Below are positions 51,860 through 61,951 of a stretch of 64,000 nt of DNA, in pieces (the first letter of the stretch is position 1; the number at the start of each line of letters is the position of its first letter). Source of the DNA: Promethearchaeota archaeon (GTDB lineage: Archaea; Asgardarchaeota; Lokiarchaeia; Sigyniarchaeales; SOKP01). Where the stretch lies: assembly GCA_016840085.1 (NCBI GenBank), contig JAEOTA010000064.1:21583-85582 (forward strand). Reading direction: 5' to 3'. The position numbers and the translations under genes are program-made. The notes below the pieces were generated by a model. The model had not been told where the DNA came from, ran no database searches, and saw only the letters and a program-made list of their open reading frames with translations.

Positions 51860-52969
51860 TTAATGTCGTTTGAGAAAATTATATTGATTTTTCTCATGCT
51901 CTGCCCATCTTCTATGTCTTTCGAACTCATAAATATCTTTATATTCTTCAATTAATTCTAAAATTCGTTCAGGCTTCACATAACCAGCCCTCCTTGTTGT
52001 TTCTAACATTTCTTGTTCTTGTTCTCTTAAATAAAACAAAATTTGGTCTAAAGTTTCTCTTTCCTCTCTAATAAAAATGTTTTCTTCATTACGTGCTGAT
52101 TTATACATATTTAATACAGTTGGAAAATTTTCTATCCAATTTTCATGTTTCTCCTTATACTTTTCTACTTGTTGTACTCGATACCTTAAATTTGAATCTC
52201 CTATATAGTATAGTTCACTTAAACATTCTTCGAAAATTGGAATTAACTCAAAATGGTCTGATACCCTTTCTTTTATGTATTTTTTGTATTTTTCGAGGTT
52301 CTTATTTAAGATATCAAGATTATTTCTACTGGCTCCAAGTATTTTTATCTTCTCTTTCTCTGCTATTTTTTTCAGAAAAGGAAAAAGGGATTCTAAAGAA
52401 TATTCATCTCCATAAGCTAAGAGGATTCTTTTAAGCCCTTCAATATAATCTTCTTCTTGATACTTTTCTAAAATGGATTCAAGGATCCAAAAGGTTTGTA
52501 TTTTTTTGTATATGTTTTCTAACAATTCAGATTCGTCAAATTTTAATGAAATTGCTCTATTTATCTCCAAGATTCGCCTTAATTCATTTAATTTTTTTTT
52601 AAATAATATTCGATATTGTTTTTCGATTTTGTATTTTCTTAATTTCTTCTTAAGAATTTTTCTATCTTTCCTATATATTCTAAACTTTTTTAGATCCCAT
52701 AAAATCTCCTCTATTAAATCCCTCTTTTGCATGTATTGTTTGGATAAATCTATAATATTCCGTAGTTCTGGTTTTTTGTCTCTGAATTCTTCTCGTTTTA
52801 AAATCTCCTCTAAAAAATCCTCTGAAGATTTTTTTAAATTTTTTAAAATCTCTTCGATATTTTCCTTATTCACTCGTAATTCTTTAAAATTTTCACAAAT
52901 TTCGTTATAGAGCCTTGTTTTTTCTTTTTTGATTCTCTTAATAACATCTAAAATTATCGTCATGTTCAT
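51860..52969 (-). CDS. charged helical/coiled-coil hypothetical protein
   Basis: K/E/R-rich; ATGA overlap with the upstream ATPase gene. Confidence 0.75.
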   Translation of the reverse strand: MNMTIILDVIKRIKKEKTRLYNEICENFKELRVNKENIEEILKNLKKSSEDFLEEILKREEFRDKKPELRNIIDLSKQYMQKRDLIEEILWDLKKFRIYRKDRKILKKKLRKYKIEKQYRILFKKKLNELRRILEINRAISLKFDESELLENIYKKIQTFWILESILEKYQEEDYIEGLKRILLAYGDEYSLESLFPFLKKIAEKEKIKILGASRNNLDILNKNLEKYKKYIKERVSDHFELIPIFEECLSELYYIGDSNLRYRVQQVEKYKEKHENWIENFPTVLNMYKSARNEENIFIREERETLDQILFYLREQEQEMLETTRRAGYVKPERILELIEEYKDIYEFERHRRWAEHEKNQYNFLKRH

Positions 52970-54918
52970 TTCTCACTATTTTGATTATATAGTATATAAT
53001 CTAATGATTTAACCAGATATTTTTCTCCTGTAGCACCATTAATCACTAAAGCTAATCTATTAGGTAGCTGTGTTAACATTTGCCGCTCAATAGGATCTTC
53101 AGAAAAAAGAGTATTATTAGGAAAGTCTTCTCTAAAAATAATTTTTATGCTTGGTTGAGAAACAACATCCCTAAACAAGTTGTCAGGAGATTGATCCGCA
53201 ATAACAAAACCAACCCCACGGCTCCGATATTCCTTTAATAGTTCAGAGAATATTTTTGCCATTTGCTCTTTCATGATGAAATCGGTATCATCGCTGTTTC
53301 TGGTAATTGGTTTTTCTACAATGGCATGTGCTTCATCAATAACAATGAGGTGTTTTAACTCCTCAATTTCAGTATCTTTTGTATGAGTTCTGACGAGTTG
53401 AAATATCGCATTTACAATTATCGCTTTAGTGAATTTATTACACATTGACAAATCAAGAAATATATTCTTACCATCTATCCAATCTTTAAACCATTTTGGT
53501 AAATCTTTAGTTAATTTAAGAACACTCTGTACTTTTTCTTCAGAGAATACTTTAATCCTATTCCTAAGAGCTTGTAATAAGTTAGCTTGAACATCAGCGC
53601 CATAAGGATTGTTTTTAACATAATTTTCTACGCCTTTAAGTAAGGTTCCTAATAATTCTGGTAATTTCTTATTTTTCTTTATAAACGCTATGGCAGTACG
53701 ATAAATTATTTTTTCAAAAACATTCTTTAACCCTAAGGAAGCACATATATAAGTTGCAGTTTCTTGTAAACATTTTTCTAAGTATTGTCCTTCAAAAAAA
53801 TACGGAATCTGAAATTCATCATCAGAATATTTTACTGTTGAAAAATCTTGATAATAAATCTCTTGAGATGATTTCGCTACATTTAGAACTAAAAGACCTA
53901 CATTTTTAGCTTTTTTACAGAGTTCTTGTATAAATCTTGCAAGAAAATATGTTTTCCCACAACCTGATTTGCCAAATATAACTAAATCCTGAGGTAATTT
54001 TTTAATTAGGACATAGGTAACATGGTCTGTAATTACTCCATTTTTAATATGACGCCCTATTTTGATCGCTTTCTTTTTAAATTCATCATTAATATCAATA
54101 TATCTCACATTTTCATTTTCTAAAATCGGTAACCGTGGCAATGGTAGATTTTTAGGAAAATCTAAATCAATATCTTCTACAGCAACAGAATTCAAATAGT
54201 TATGGTCATTCTCAAATACATTCCCTGCTAAAATATCTAAGTGTGACACATTATTAGATTCATTAATACATGCTCTTTTTCCTGTAGTATTTTCTATATC
54301 CATTACTAGAAATTGTAAGATTCCCTTAGTCTCTGAATTTACTTTAGTTTTAGTGCGATTTGAAGTATAGGATACAAAAATCCTTAAATTATAGCTATTA
54401 GATTTCTCTTGAGAAGTGCCAAGAATAGGATCTCTCCGCCAAATTAAAATAAGTTTCACAGTTTGGTCGTTTTTATAATAGAAAGCGTTAATAAATCTCT
54501 CTAGTATATTAACTTTATTCCTTATCAATCCTTCTGGCAGTTCTATTTCCAATAGCTTAGATCCATTATTCTTTTCTATACAATCATTAGTTATTGGCTT
54601 TGCAATTACTTTTCCGTCTAAACCAGTGAATTTATATCTCAAATTTGAAAGCCATGCATGCCCAAGCTTAATCGCTTCGTCTTCTGATTTGGTTTTGGTG
54701 AAAAATATCACTTCTACTTGATTATTAGCTATAAATTCAACTCCATAAGTAGATTTAGGATCATCTCCAAAAGGATCTGAAAGAAAAGACCTAATATATT
54801 CTGGTATTTGGTAAAAAGGAACCGCATCTTTAGGAATTTCTTTTGGTTTAAAAATTTGTGGTGCCTGAGTAAGATGCACTTGAGTCTGCCAGAATAAAAT
54901 TGAATTTTTCATTGTCAT
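52966..54918 (-). CDS. HerA/VirB4/FtsK-superfamily ATPase (DUF87-like)
   Basis: IFGKSGCGKT, IVIDEAH, EYRSRGVGFVIADQSP. Confidence 0.88.
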   Translation of the reverse strand: MTMKNSILFWQTQVHLTQAPQIFKPKEIPKDAVPFYQIPEYIRSFLSDPFGDDPKSTYGVEFIANNQVEVIFFTKTKSEDEAIKLGHAWLSNLRYKFTGLDGKVIAKPITNDCIEKNNGSKLLEIELPEGLIRNKVNILERFINAFYYKNDQTVKLILIWRRDPILGTSQEKSNSYNLRIFVSYTSNRTKTKVNSETKGILQFLVMDIENTTGKRACINESNNVSHLDILAGNVFENDHNYLNSVAVEDIDLDFPKNLPLPRLPILENENVRYIDINDEFKKKAIKIGRHIKNGVITDHVTYVLIKKLPQDLVIFGKSGCGKTYFLARFIQELCKKAKNVGLLVLNVAKSSQEIYYQDFSTVKYSDDEFQIPYFFEGQYLEKCLQETATYICASLGLKNVFEKIIYRTAIAFIKKNKKLPELLGTLLKGVENYVKNNPYGADVQANLLQALRNRIKVFSEEKVQSVLKLTKDLPKWFKDWIDGKNIFLDLSMCNKFTKAIIVNAIFQLVRTHTKDTEIEELKHLIVIDEAHAIVEKPITRNSDDTDFIMKEQMAKIFSELLKEYRSRGVGFVIADQSPDNLFRDVVSQPSIKIIFREDFPNNTLFSEDPIERQMLTQLPNRLALVINGATGEKYLVKSLDYILYNQNSEK

Positions 54919-55031
54919 GAAATCTTTACACTCTAATCTCTAAATAAATCAATATAATGATTTTAAATTTAATTTATTTAAAGTTAAAGATTTTCGAATA
55001 CCATTAGACAAATAAATTACTATTACTTAAA

Positions 55032-58000
55032 TCACCCTCCAGGATAATCATCAGGACAATATGGATATACCTCAGAAGGATATCTCTTCTGTAAAACTTC
55101 AGGAGCATAATCTGAGATATTAACTATGTTAATTGGATCGTTTGGATCATACACATTTTCATCTGGACTTAATCCTGGTTCAAGATCTCCGTCATCATAA
55201 TCTACAAGATCATCAATATCATCTTTATTTTCATCTATTTCTCCTATATTTTTTATATCCTCTTCATCGTCTAGTCCACTTAACGAATCGTCAACATCCT
55301 CCTCCTCATCGATTTGATCAAGACCTTCAATATCATCTTCTATAAAATCGCCTATTGGGACTTCTTTGAGATCTATATCTGGTTCTATGTCTGGTACTGG
55401 CTCAGTATCTGGTTCTACATCTGGTACTGGTTCTATGTCTGGTATTGGTTCAATATCTGGTTCTACATCTGGCACTGGTTCAATGTCTGGCACTGGTTCA
55501 ATATTTGGTATTGGTTCTATTTCTGGTACTGGTTCTGTAATCGGTTCTGGTTCTATTTCTGGTACTGGTTCTGTAATCGGTTTTAGTTCTATATCTGGTA
55601 CTGGTTCTGTAATCGGTTCTGGTTCTATATTTGGTATTGGCTCTATTTCTGGTACTGGTTCTGTAATCGGTTCTGGTTCTATATCTGGTACTGGCTCTAT
55701 ATCTGGTACTGGCTCTATATCTGGTTCAATTTTCGGCTCATATTGTATTTCTGATACTCTTTCTACTCTTATATAAGAATCCTCTCTTGAGAGAGTTTCT
55801 AATCCCATATCAGTTTTGCTCAGAATTTGATCTCTAGTAATTTCAACATCAAATTCTCTTTTCAAGGGATTTCTATCTTTCGAGAACTTTGGCTCCAACG
55901 CCTCCCTCTTATAATAATGTTGCACTTCTCTTATACTAAGACTTTCATTCTTTCTTTTAACTTCTTCCCTGACTCGCTCAAATAGTTTACTTTTATTTTT
56001 CTCAATATCTTCCCTTACCTTTGCAGAAATCCATAAATATAGATCATTAAAATCGTCCTCCTCTTCAACTTTATCAAATCTACGATCAAAGGGATGTTCT
56101 TGCTTGTTCTCCTTGATAATATAATCATAGTTTTTTTCTTTAAAAGATTCAGGAGCTTGATTTTCATCTTTGGATGATTCTTTCTCCCCTCCTTCTTTTA
56201 TTCCTCCATCTATCCATTTATCTAGATTTACATCGCTTATATCTTCATTTAAAAGATACATTAATCCCTTGTTTTTAATGTAAAGTTCAAATTCTTCTTG
56301 TTGGTTTTTATATTTCTTCAATTCTTTTTTTGCTTTTTTTGCTAAGTAGTTTAGTTCTTTATAAGCTTTGGGAATAAAGCAAGCATGTCTTGCTAATTTC
56401 ACAGCTCTATTAAATTCCGTTAAATGTGTCTCTGAATAACCTATAAATTTTGCAAAATCTTGATAATTCAATATTAGAATATTCTTTCTATAAGGTATTT
56501 CATTTGGAACTTTAATTGTATCTTTATTTGCTCCTAAATAAACAATAATAAGGCATTTTTCTTTACCTTGATATCCTTTTTTAACTTTTTTTTCAATATT
56601 ATGTCGATCAGAACTAAGTGTATAGTCAATATTGACTAGTTTAATATTCTCTGGAATCGTGATCAAGTCTTGTTTTAATTCTATAGTTTTTTTAAAATTT
56701 AAATTTCTTATAATTGAATTATCAGATCTTTTAGATGAATTTAAATTAGAGGAAATTTCAAAATATGAATGACAGTTAAATTTTTTAGTATATTCCATAA
56801 AAATAAGTTCTAAAACGTAATGTAGCTTAACTCCAACTCTTTTTCCAATAATATCATTTGAGATTAAATCTGATTCGGATATTATATCTGAATATTTTTT
56901 TCCTTTTTTTGTTAAAGCTGCTATAAAACCCCTATAATGTTTCTCAATATGGTCGTAAAGAGGCGCTTCTTTTTCGTTTAGTGAGTATTTTTGCTTAAGT
57001 TGAGGATATAATTTGTTTTTGAAAAAATTAAGCAATTCTTCATAGGTTTTCTCATCATATAAATGCTGATATTTAGGTTTAAATCCCGCTGCTCTTAACA
57101 AACCTGTCCAAGATTTACCCAATCTTTTTAATTTTTGAATGAAACCACTATATCCATTATATCTAACATTATCTTCAGTCGGAACCGTTCCAACTTTTAT
57201 AATTTTTCTTTTTATTAAATCAGGATAAATTTCAGTCATAAACATTTTAATTAAATCTTGAAATAACATTCCTTTATACTTAAATTCTTTTAGTGGTTCA
57301 AAACCAGCTTCTTTTAATATCTCTCCGTAACTTTTTTTTAATTTATCTATATTGTATAAAAAACCCCTATAACCATTAAATGTAACTTGAGATCTTGTTG
57401 GAGGTTTACCCTCTTCAAGTGAAAGTTTTTCTTTTAAATCAGGGTAAATGATTTTTATGAAAAAATTTACTAGATCTTGAAAATTCATTCCAACATATTT
57501 AAATTCATTGTATAGAGTTATTCCCAATTTCTTTTTAATATCATTCAGAGTCATTCCAATTCTCCTAACGGCAGTTCTAAACCCTCTGTATCCTATATTA
57601 TCAATGTCATCTTTTTTAGGTGCTCGATTAAAATGAGGACATACTACATCACGGTAAAATAACAAAGCATTCTTCTTATTAACCCATTCCCATCTAGTTT
57701 TTAAAGTTTCAGGATTTACTCCGATTTTTTTTAGAAATAAGAGTTCTTCCTTTGTTTGATTGAAAAAGTTAACTTTAAAACCTGCAGTTCTTATCAAATC
57801 GTAATATGATTTATTTTCCTCATAGATTTTTGTTAAAAAGGATGAATATCCATTCATATTTATTTGAGTTGCAGTTGGCGGTGTACTTTCGTCAAGCGAA
57901 AGTCTAATCTTTAATTCTGGATATATAATTTTCTTAAAATATTTGACTAAAGAATCAAAATCCAATCCGACATATTTAAATTCCACATTAGGTGTAAATC

Positions 58001-58244
58001 CTGCTTTTTTCACAAATTCTACGTATGATTTGCATATTTTTTTTGAAGCATTCAAAAAACCTCTATAACCGAGTTTATTAATTTCCTTTATACTTGGGAC
58101 TCTATTAAAGTGAGGATAAATAACCTCTCGATAAAATGACAAAGTTTTTTCTTCATCGGCCCATTCCCATCTATATCTCAAATTTTTAGGATTAATACCT
58201 ATTTTTCTTAGAAATTCTAATTCTTCTTTAGTATGCGTTATCAA
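55032..58244 (-). CDS. large modular protein: six helical repeats, a putative PD-(D/E)XK-like domain, a Pro/Glu tandem-repeat linker and an acidic tail
   Basis: Repeats ..IYP..P....GYRGF....AGF; H.VLE..FE..RSDN..NIDYT; (I/V)EP(V/I)P(D/E) repeats. Confidence 0.7.
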   Translation of the reverse strand: MITHTKEELEFLRKIGINPKNLRYRWEWADEEKTLSFYREVIYPHFNRVPSIKEINKLGYRGFLNASKKICKSYVEFVKKAGFTPNVEFKYVGLDFDSLVKYFKKIIYPELKIRLSLDESTPPTATQINMNGYSSFLTKIYEENKSYYDLIRTAGFKVNFFNQTKEELLFLKKIGVNPETLKTRWEWVNKKNALLFYRDVVCPHFNRAPKKDDIDNIGYRGFRTAVRRIGMTLNDIKKKLGITLYNEFKYVGMNFQDLVNFFIKIIYPDLKEKLSLEEGKPPTRSQVTFNGYRGFLYNIDKLKKSYGEILKEAGFEPLKEFKYKGMLFQDLIKMFMTEIYPDLIKRKIIKVGTVPTEDNVRYNGYSGFIQKLKRLGKSWTGLLRAAGFKPKYQHLYDEKTYEELLNFFKNKLYPQLKQKYSLNEKEAPLYDHIEKHYRGFIAALTKKGKKYSDIISESDLISNDIIGKRVGVKLHYVLELIFMEYTKKFNCHSYFEISSNLNSSKRSDNSIIRNLNFKKTIELKQDLITIPENIKLVNIDYTLSSDRHNIEKKVKKGYQGKEKCLIIVYLGANKDTIKVPNEIPYRKNILILNYQDFAKFIGYSETHLTEFNRAVKLARHACFIPKAYKELNYLAKKAKKELKKYKNQQEEFELYIKNKGLMYLLNEDISDVNLDKWIDGGIKEGGEKESSKDENQAPESFKEKNYDYIIKENKQEHPFDRRFDKVEEEDDFNDLYLWISAKVREDIEKNKSKLFERVREEVKRKNESLSIREVQHYYKREALEPKFSKDRNPLKREFDVEITRDQILSKTDMGLETLSREDSYIRVERVSEIQYEPKIEPDIEPVPDIEPVPDIEPEPITEPVPEIEPIPNIEPEPITEPVPDIELKPITEPVPEIEPEPITEPVPEIEPIPNIEPVPDIEPVPDVEPDIEPIPDIEPVPDVEPDTEPVPDIEPDIDLKEVPIGDFIEDDIEGLDQIDEEEDVDDSLSGLDDEEDIKNIGEIDENKDDIDDLVDYDDGDLEPGLSPDENVYDPNDPINIVNISDYAPEVLQKRYPSEVYPYCPDDYPGG
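55372..55740 (-). repeat. in-frame tandem repeat of 12/18-nt units encoding IEPVPD/IEPD/ITEPVPE
   Basis: Recurrent tctatatctggtactgg and tctgtaatcggttctgg units. Confidence 0.92.
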
Positions 58245-58373
58245 TCTTTTTAGATATTTTAATATTAATTCTAGATTTTTATCTTAAAAGCCAACCAATT
58301 TTTAAAATATTGAGGAAAAGAATGAGTAAATTAAATAAAAATATTCAAAGATTTATCTTATTTCTAAAAATAA

Positions 58374-60725
58374 TTATTTAATTCTTAACAGCCGTTGCAA
58401 TAGAAAAAGAGCGCCTTCTTTAGATAATGGTTCATTATTCGAGCCACAATTAGGCGATAGAGTGCAGCATGGACAACCCCCTGGTGTAATTGAAGAACTA
58501 CAACTACAAGATTCTAATAATTTATATGTAAGTTTTAATAAGTCATTCAAGTTATAGTATAATGCTTCTGATATCCCGATACCACCTCTATAAGCATCAT
58601 AAATATAAATAATTGGCTGCTGCTTGACGGGATCAAAATTGATTGAGACACCACCTAAATCCCATCGAGAAATTTGAGCTAATGCTGGAGCCATCGCTAT
58701 CATTGCGTGCTCAATTGCATGAATTGAACCTCCCAAGATATCATTTATATTTTCTTTTTTTCCTTTTTCTTCTAATTCTTTTTGATAATCAAAAGGTATC
58801 AGGTACCAGAGTGCCTGACTCTCAAATTCAATAAGAGGAATATCGTCTAATGCGTGTCTTGAGCGTGTTTCTTGAGTAATAGTATCTATAACTTTATAAG
58901 AATAATATTCATGTTCTACTTTCACATTACCAAAATAAGTTTCAATATTATTATCTGGTCCAATTTTACTTTCTGAAATCACTTCAAGTGGGGTGATTTC
59001 TGTATGTTTTAAGGATTGGGTATAAAAATCAACATTTGCTTTTTTCAAAAAAACTAATCTCTCATTTAAATCTAGTTCCTCAACTAAATATGTTTCAGCT
59101 TCGTAAAGATACACTGCTCCAAGATGCAGATCTCGGAAAACATAACTCTCATCTTCAACCGTTAAGAGTTGATTATTTGAATTGGTTCTCAATAAAACTT
59201 TATAACTTTTATTTGAGAGATCATTTAACCCATATCTTTCATTTGGAAAGAAATCACTATTCCAATAATAGCGATCTCCTCTTTTCATAAGTAAAGATTC
59301 TGAAACTAAATCATCCAAACATTCGTTAAATAAATCTTTATTGCAAACTCCAAAGTTTATATTATCTTCGAGTTTAATGGGAATTTCTTTTGAACCACAG
59401 CATAGATGATTTTTAATAATATATTTATTATTTAATGTAATTAGAATTTCTTCCTGAATAGGTCCAAATAGCTGATCTGGATTATGTATATAAAATAGAT
59501 CTAATGGATTGGGCATAGGAATAAAAGTTGAGAGAGAGAGATCAGTTCCTCTTCCAGAACGTCCAATCTGTTGTTTAAAACTTGAAATTGTCCTTGGAAA
59601 ACCAGAAGTTATTGTAGCGTCTAAAGAGCCGATATCAATACCTAATTCAAGAGCATTAGTAGAACTAATGCCTAATAGTTTTTTATATTTAAAATTCTGT
59701 TCTATTTCCCTCCTTTTTTTTTTACTTATTCCTGCACGATAACTAAAAATTTTATCTTTTAAAACAGGAATAGTATTTCTGGTCCAAATTGCTTGTAATT
59801 CAGCCATTTTTCTAGAAAGGGTAAATGTTAATGTTTGAATTCCATTCTTATATTTTAAATGACTAACAAATAAATTCTTAGTTTCTTGATGAGCTGACCG
59901 ATACTTATTAGAAATCTCATCGTATGGTAAATCCCATAAAATAACTTTCTTAGCACCAGAAGGAGAATCATCTTTATCAATAACAACAAATTCTTCACCT
60001 ACTAGTTTTTCACAGAATTCTTTTGGATTATGGATTGTTGCGCTTGATATGATCCATTGAGGTTTAACATTATAATTGGCAAGCATTCGTTTTAATCTTC
60101 TAAGTAAGAATGCAAAATTTGAACCGAAAATTCCTCGATAAATGTGAATTTCATCAAGTACAATATATCTAAGATTTTGACAAATTCGCCTCCACTTCTG
60201 TTTAAACCAAGGTAAATAGAAATGAAGTCCGTAAGGATTAGTTATGATAATATTAGCGTTTGACAACACAAGTCTTTTTTCATTAGCTTCTACATCTCCA
60301 TCGTAAACACCAATTCTATTTTGTTTTATATTAGTTTCGGATAATAATTTTGATAAAATAGCCAATTGGTCTCTTGCTAATGCTTTGGTTGGAAAGACAT
60401 ATATTGCCGTCGTCTTTGGTTCTTGTAAAATTGATTGTAATACAGGAAGATTATAGCAAAGAGATTTTCCAGAAGCCGTAGAAGTAACAATTACAGTATT
60501 TTTTCCTTTACGAATTAAATTAATTGCTTCAGCTTGGTGACCCCATAATCTAATATTGTTATCATCAAGCCAGCGTTGAAGTCTTTTTCTTAGTGGCTCT
60601 TCTAGATCACGATATTGAGCAATTTGTTCAGGGATATGCTCAATATGGTATATTTGATCTTGATAATAATCTTGAGATTTTACGAAATCTAAAAATTCCT
60701 CGAAATCAATCATCAATAACTTCAA
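58374..60725 (-). CDS. DEAD/DEAH helicase with DUF1998 (Hrq1/MrfA/YprA-like)
   Basis: TASGKSL, PTKALARDQ, DEIH, SAT, ALELGIDIG, QQIGRSGR, HAIEH, YDAYRGG.G, terminal Cys cluster. Confidence 0.93.
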   Translation of the reverse strand: MKLLMIDFEEFLDFVKSQDYYQDQIYHIEHIPEQIAQYRDLEEPLRKRLQRWLDDNNIRLWGHQAEAINLIRKGKNTVIVTSTASGKSLCYNLPVLQSILQEPKTTAIYVFPTKALARDQLAILSKLLSETNIKQNRIGVYDGDVEANEKRLVLSNANIIITNPYGLHFYLPWFKQKWRRICQNLRYIVLDEIHIYRGIFGSNFAFLLRRLKRMLANYNVKPQWIISSATIHNPKEFCEKLVGEEFVVIDKDDSPSGAKKVILWDLPYDEISNKYRSAHQETKNLFVSHLKYKNGIQTLTFTLSRKMAELQAIWTRNTIPVLKDKIFSYRAGISKKKRREIEQNFKYKKLLGISSTNALELGIDIGSLDATITSGFPRTISSFKQQIGRSGRGTDLSLSTFIPMPNPLDLFYIHNPDQLFGPIQEEILITLNNKYIIKNHLCCGSKEIPIKLEDNINFGVCNKDLFNECLDDLVSESLLMKRGDRYYWNSDFFPNERYGLNDLSNKSYKVLLRTNSNNQLLTVEDESYVFRDLHLGAVYLYEAETYLVEELDLNERLVFLKKANVDFYTQSLKHTEITPLEVISESKIGPDNNIETYFGNVKVEHEYYSYKVIDTITQETRSRHALDDIPLIEFESQALWYLIPFDYQKELEEKGKKENINDILGGSIHAIEHAMIAMAPALAQISRWDLGGVSINFDPVKQQPIIYIYDAYRGGIGISEALYYNLNDLLKLTYKLLESCSCSSSITPGGCPCCTLSPNCGSNNEPLSKEGALFLLQRLLRIK

Positions 60726-60943
60726 TACCTATAATGAACAATATTAATTAAAAATTACAAAGGGCATAGATTTAATTATTTTTTAAATACACTTTTACAA
60801 TTATTAATATTCAAAAAAGTACCGATAATTCCTTTGCATTTAAAATTTGGAAAAGAGAACATCCATTATCCTTCGACTAAAATTTAAAAAATACTAATAT
60901 TTTAATCAGATTAAATCAAATTTATATAAACATACTTCTAATT

Positions 60944-61951
60944 TTGTATAAAATGTCTGGTACTGATTGGGATAAAATTGAATTTCAACATTTTATAAAT
61001 GAATACAGTAAAGATATTATTATCAAAAATGCTCCAGAAATACTATATACAAAAAAAGATAAAGAGCATGAAGCATATAATTCTTTAATTGCTTTCTTTT
61101 TCCTTACTGGTGCTATACTTATTTATATTGCACTTGCTTATTTGCTGGCATCGATATATTTTAATTTAATCTTTTTAATTGTTATAATAGTCATAGCAGG
61201 AATTATAGATATTCTATTAATTATAAATTATATTAAATCTAATGTATATATTAAACCATTAGAGTGTTGGGTCGAAATTTTCAAAGGTAAAGAGCAAGAT
61301 GATTTTAATTTTTATTGTTTTGTGTATTATCCTGTATTTTCTGGAAAATGCCATCCAAATGAAGCCAAAAATGCGATTTTTAAACTTTATCAAGAACAAG
61401 TATTAAAGAATAAAATTGACATTACTCAAGTTGAAATTTATTTCAAGATAAGTAAACAGAGTCAAAATAAAATAGGTTATTTTTTCCAATACGTTGAGGG
61501 AAGATCTTTTAATGACGAGGAAATAAATCGCAATTCTTGGAAATTTTTTTCATCTCAAAAATCAAGAGATGAAAATTTTATTGCAATTGCCAATTGGGAT
61601 CATCAATTTGAATGGCGTAATGATCTTGAGTTTGATTTCGATAAATTACATGAATATGCTCCTTGGGTGATTCAAAGATGGAATGATTTTAATTTGAAAC
61701 CGTTAACTGAAGGTTTTAAAAAAAAAATCAATTGGGATTTAAGATATATCGAATCAAAACCAAAATTAAAGCCATGGAATGATAATTATGAAAACCAAAC
61801 TTATGAAAATCCAAGAGCTTATAGAGAGATCGAGTTAATCAATGAAGCAGTTAATAAAATTATAGGATATGAAAAAGAAATATATAAAGCAAGCGATATT
61901 AAAGAAGAGCTTCCATTGTTTAAAGCTTATTTTAGGGATTTAAATTTCTAA
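60944..61951 (+). CDS. hypothetical membrane protein
   Basis: Two TM segments followed by a W-rich soluble domain. Confidence 0.75.
   Translation: MYKMSGTDWDKIEFQHFINEYSKDIIIKNAPEILYTKKDKEHEAYNSLIAFFFLTGAILIYIALAYLLASIYFNLIFLIVIIVIAGIIDILLIINYIKSNVYIKPLECWVEIFKGKEQDDFNFYCFVYYPVFSGKCHPNEAKNAIFKLYQEQVLKNKIDITQVEIYFKISKQSQNKIGYFFQYVEGRSFNDEEINRNSWKFFSSQKSRDENFIAIANWDHQFEWRNDLEFDFDKLHEYAPWVIQRWNDFNLKPLTEGFKKKINWDLRYIESKPKLKPWNDNYENQTYENPRAYREIELINEAVNKIIGYEKEIYKASDIKEELPLFKAYFRDLNF

Noticed and set aside
55133-55776. Antisense ORFs (WYWF-rich and SGTGS-rich) and a possible CRISPR array
   Set aside because: These are shadows of the coding tandem repeat; there are no unique spacers and no cas genes.
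2505-59742. Numerous short antisense or overlapping ORFs in the track (e.g. 2505-2849, 7045-7305, 17573-18688, 19937-20191, 22713-23033, 27690-28040, 52093-52910, 58643-59742)
   Set aside because: They lie opposite well-supported genes and have no motifs of their own.
58374-60725. DISARM/Druantia defence helicase
   Set aside because: The single-chain helicase+DUF1998 form without partner genes fits the Hrq1/MrfA repair type.
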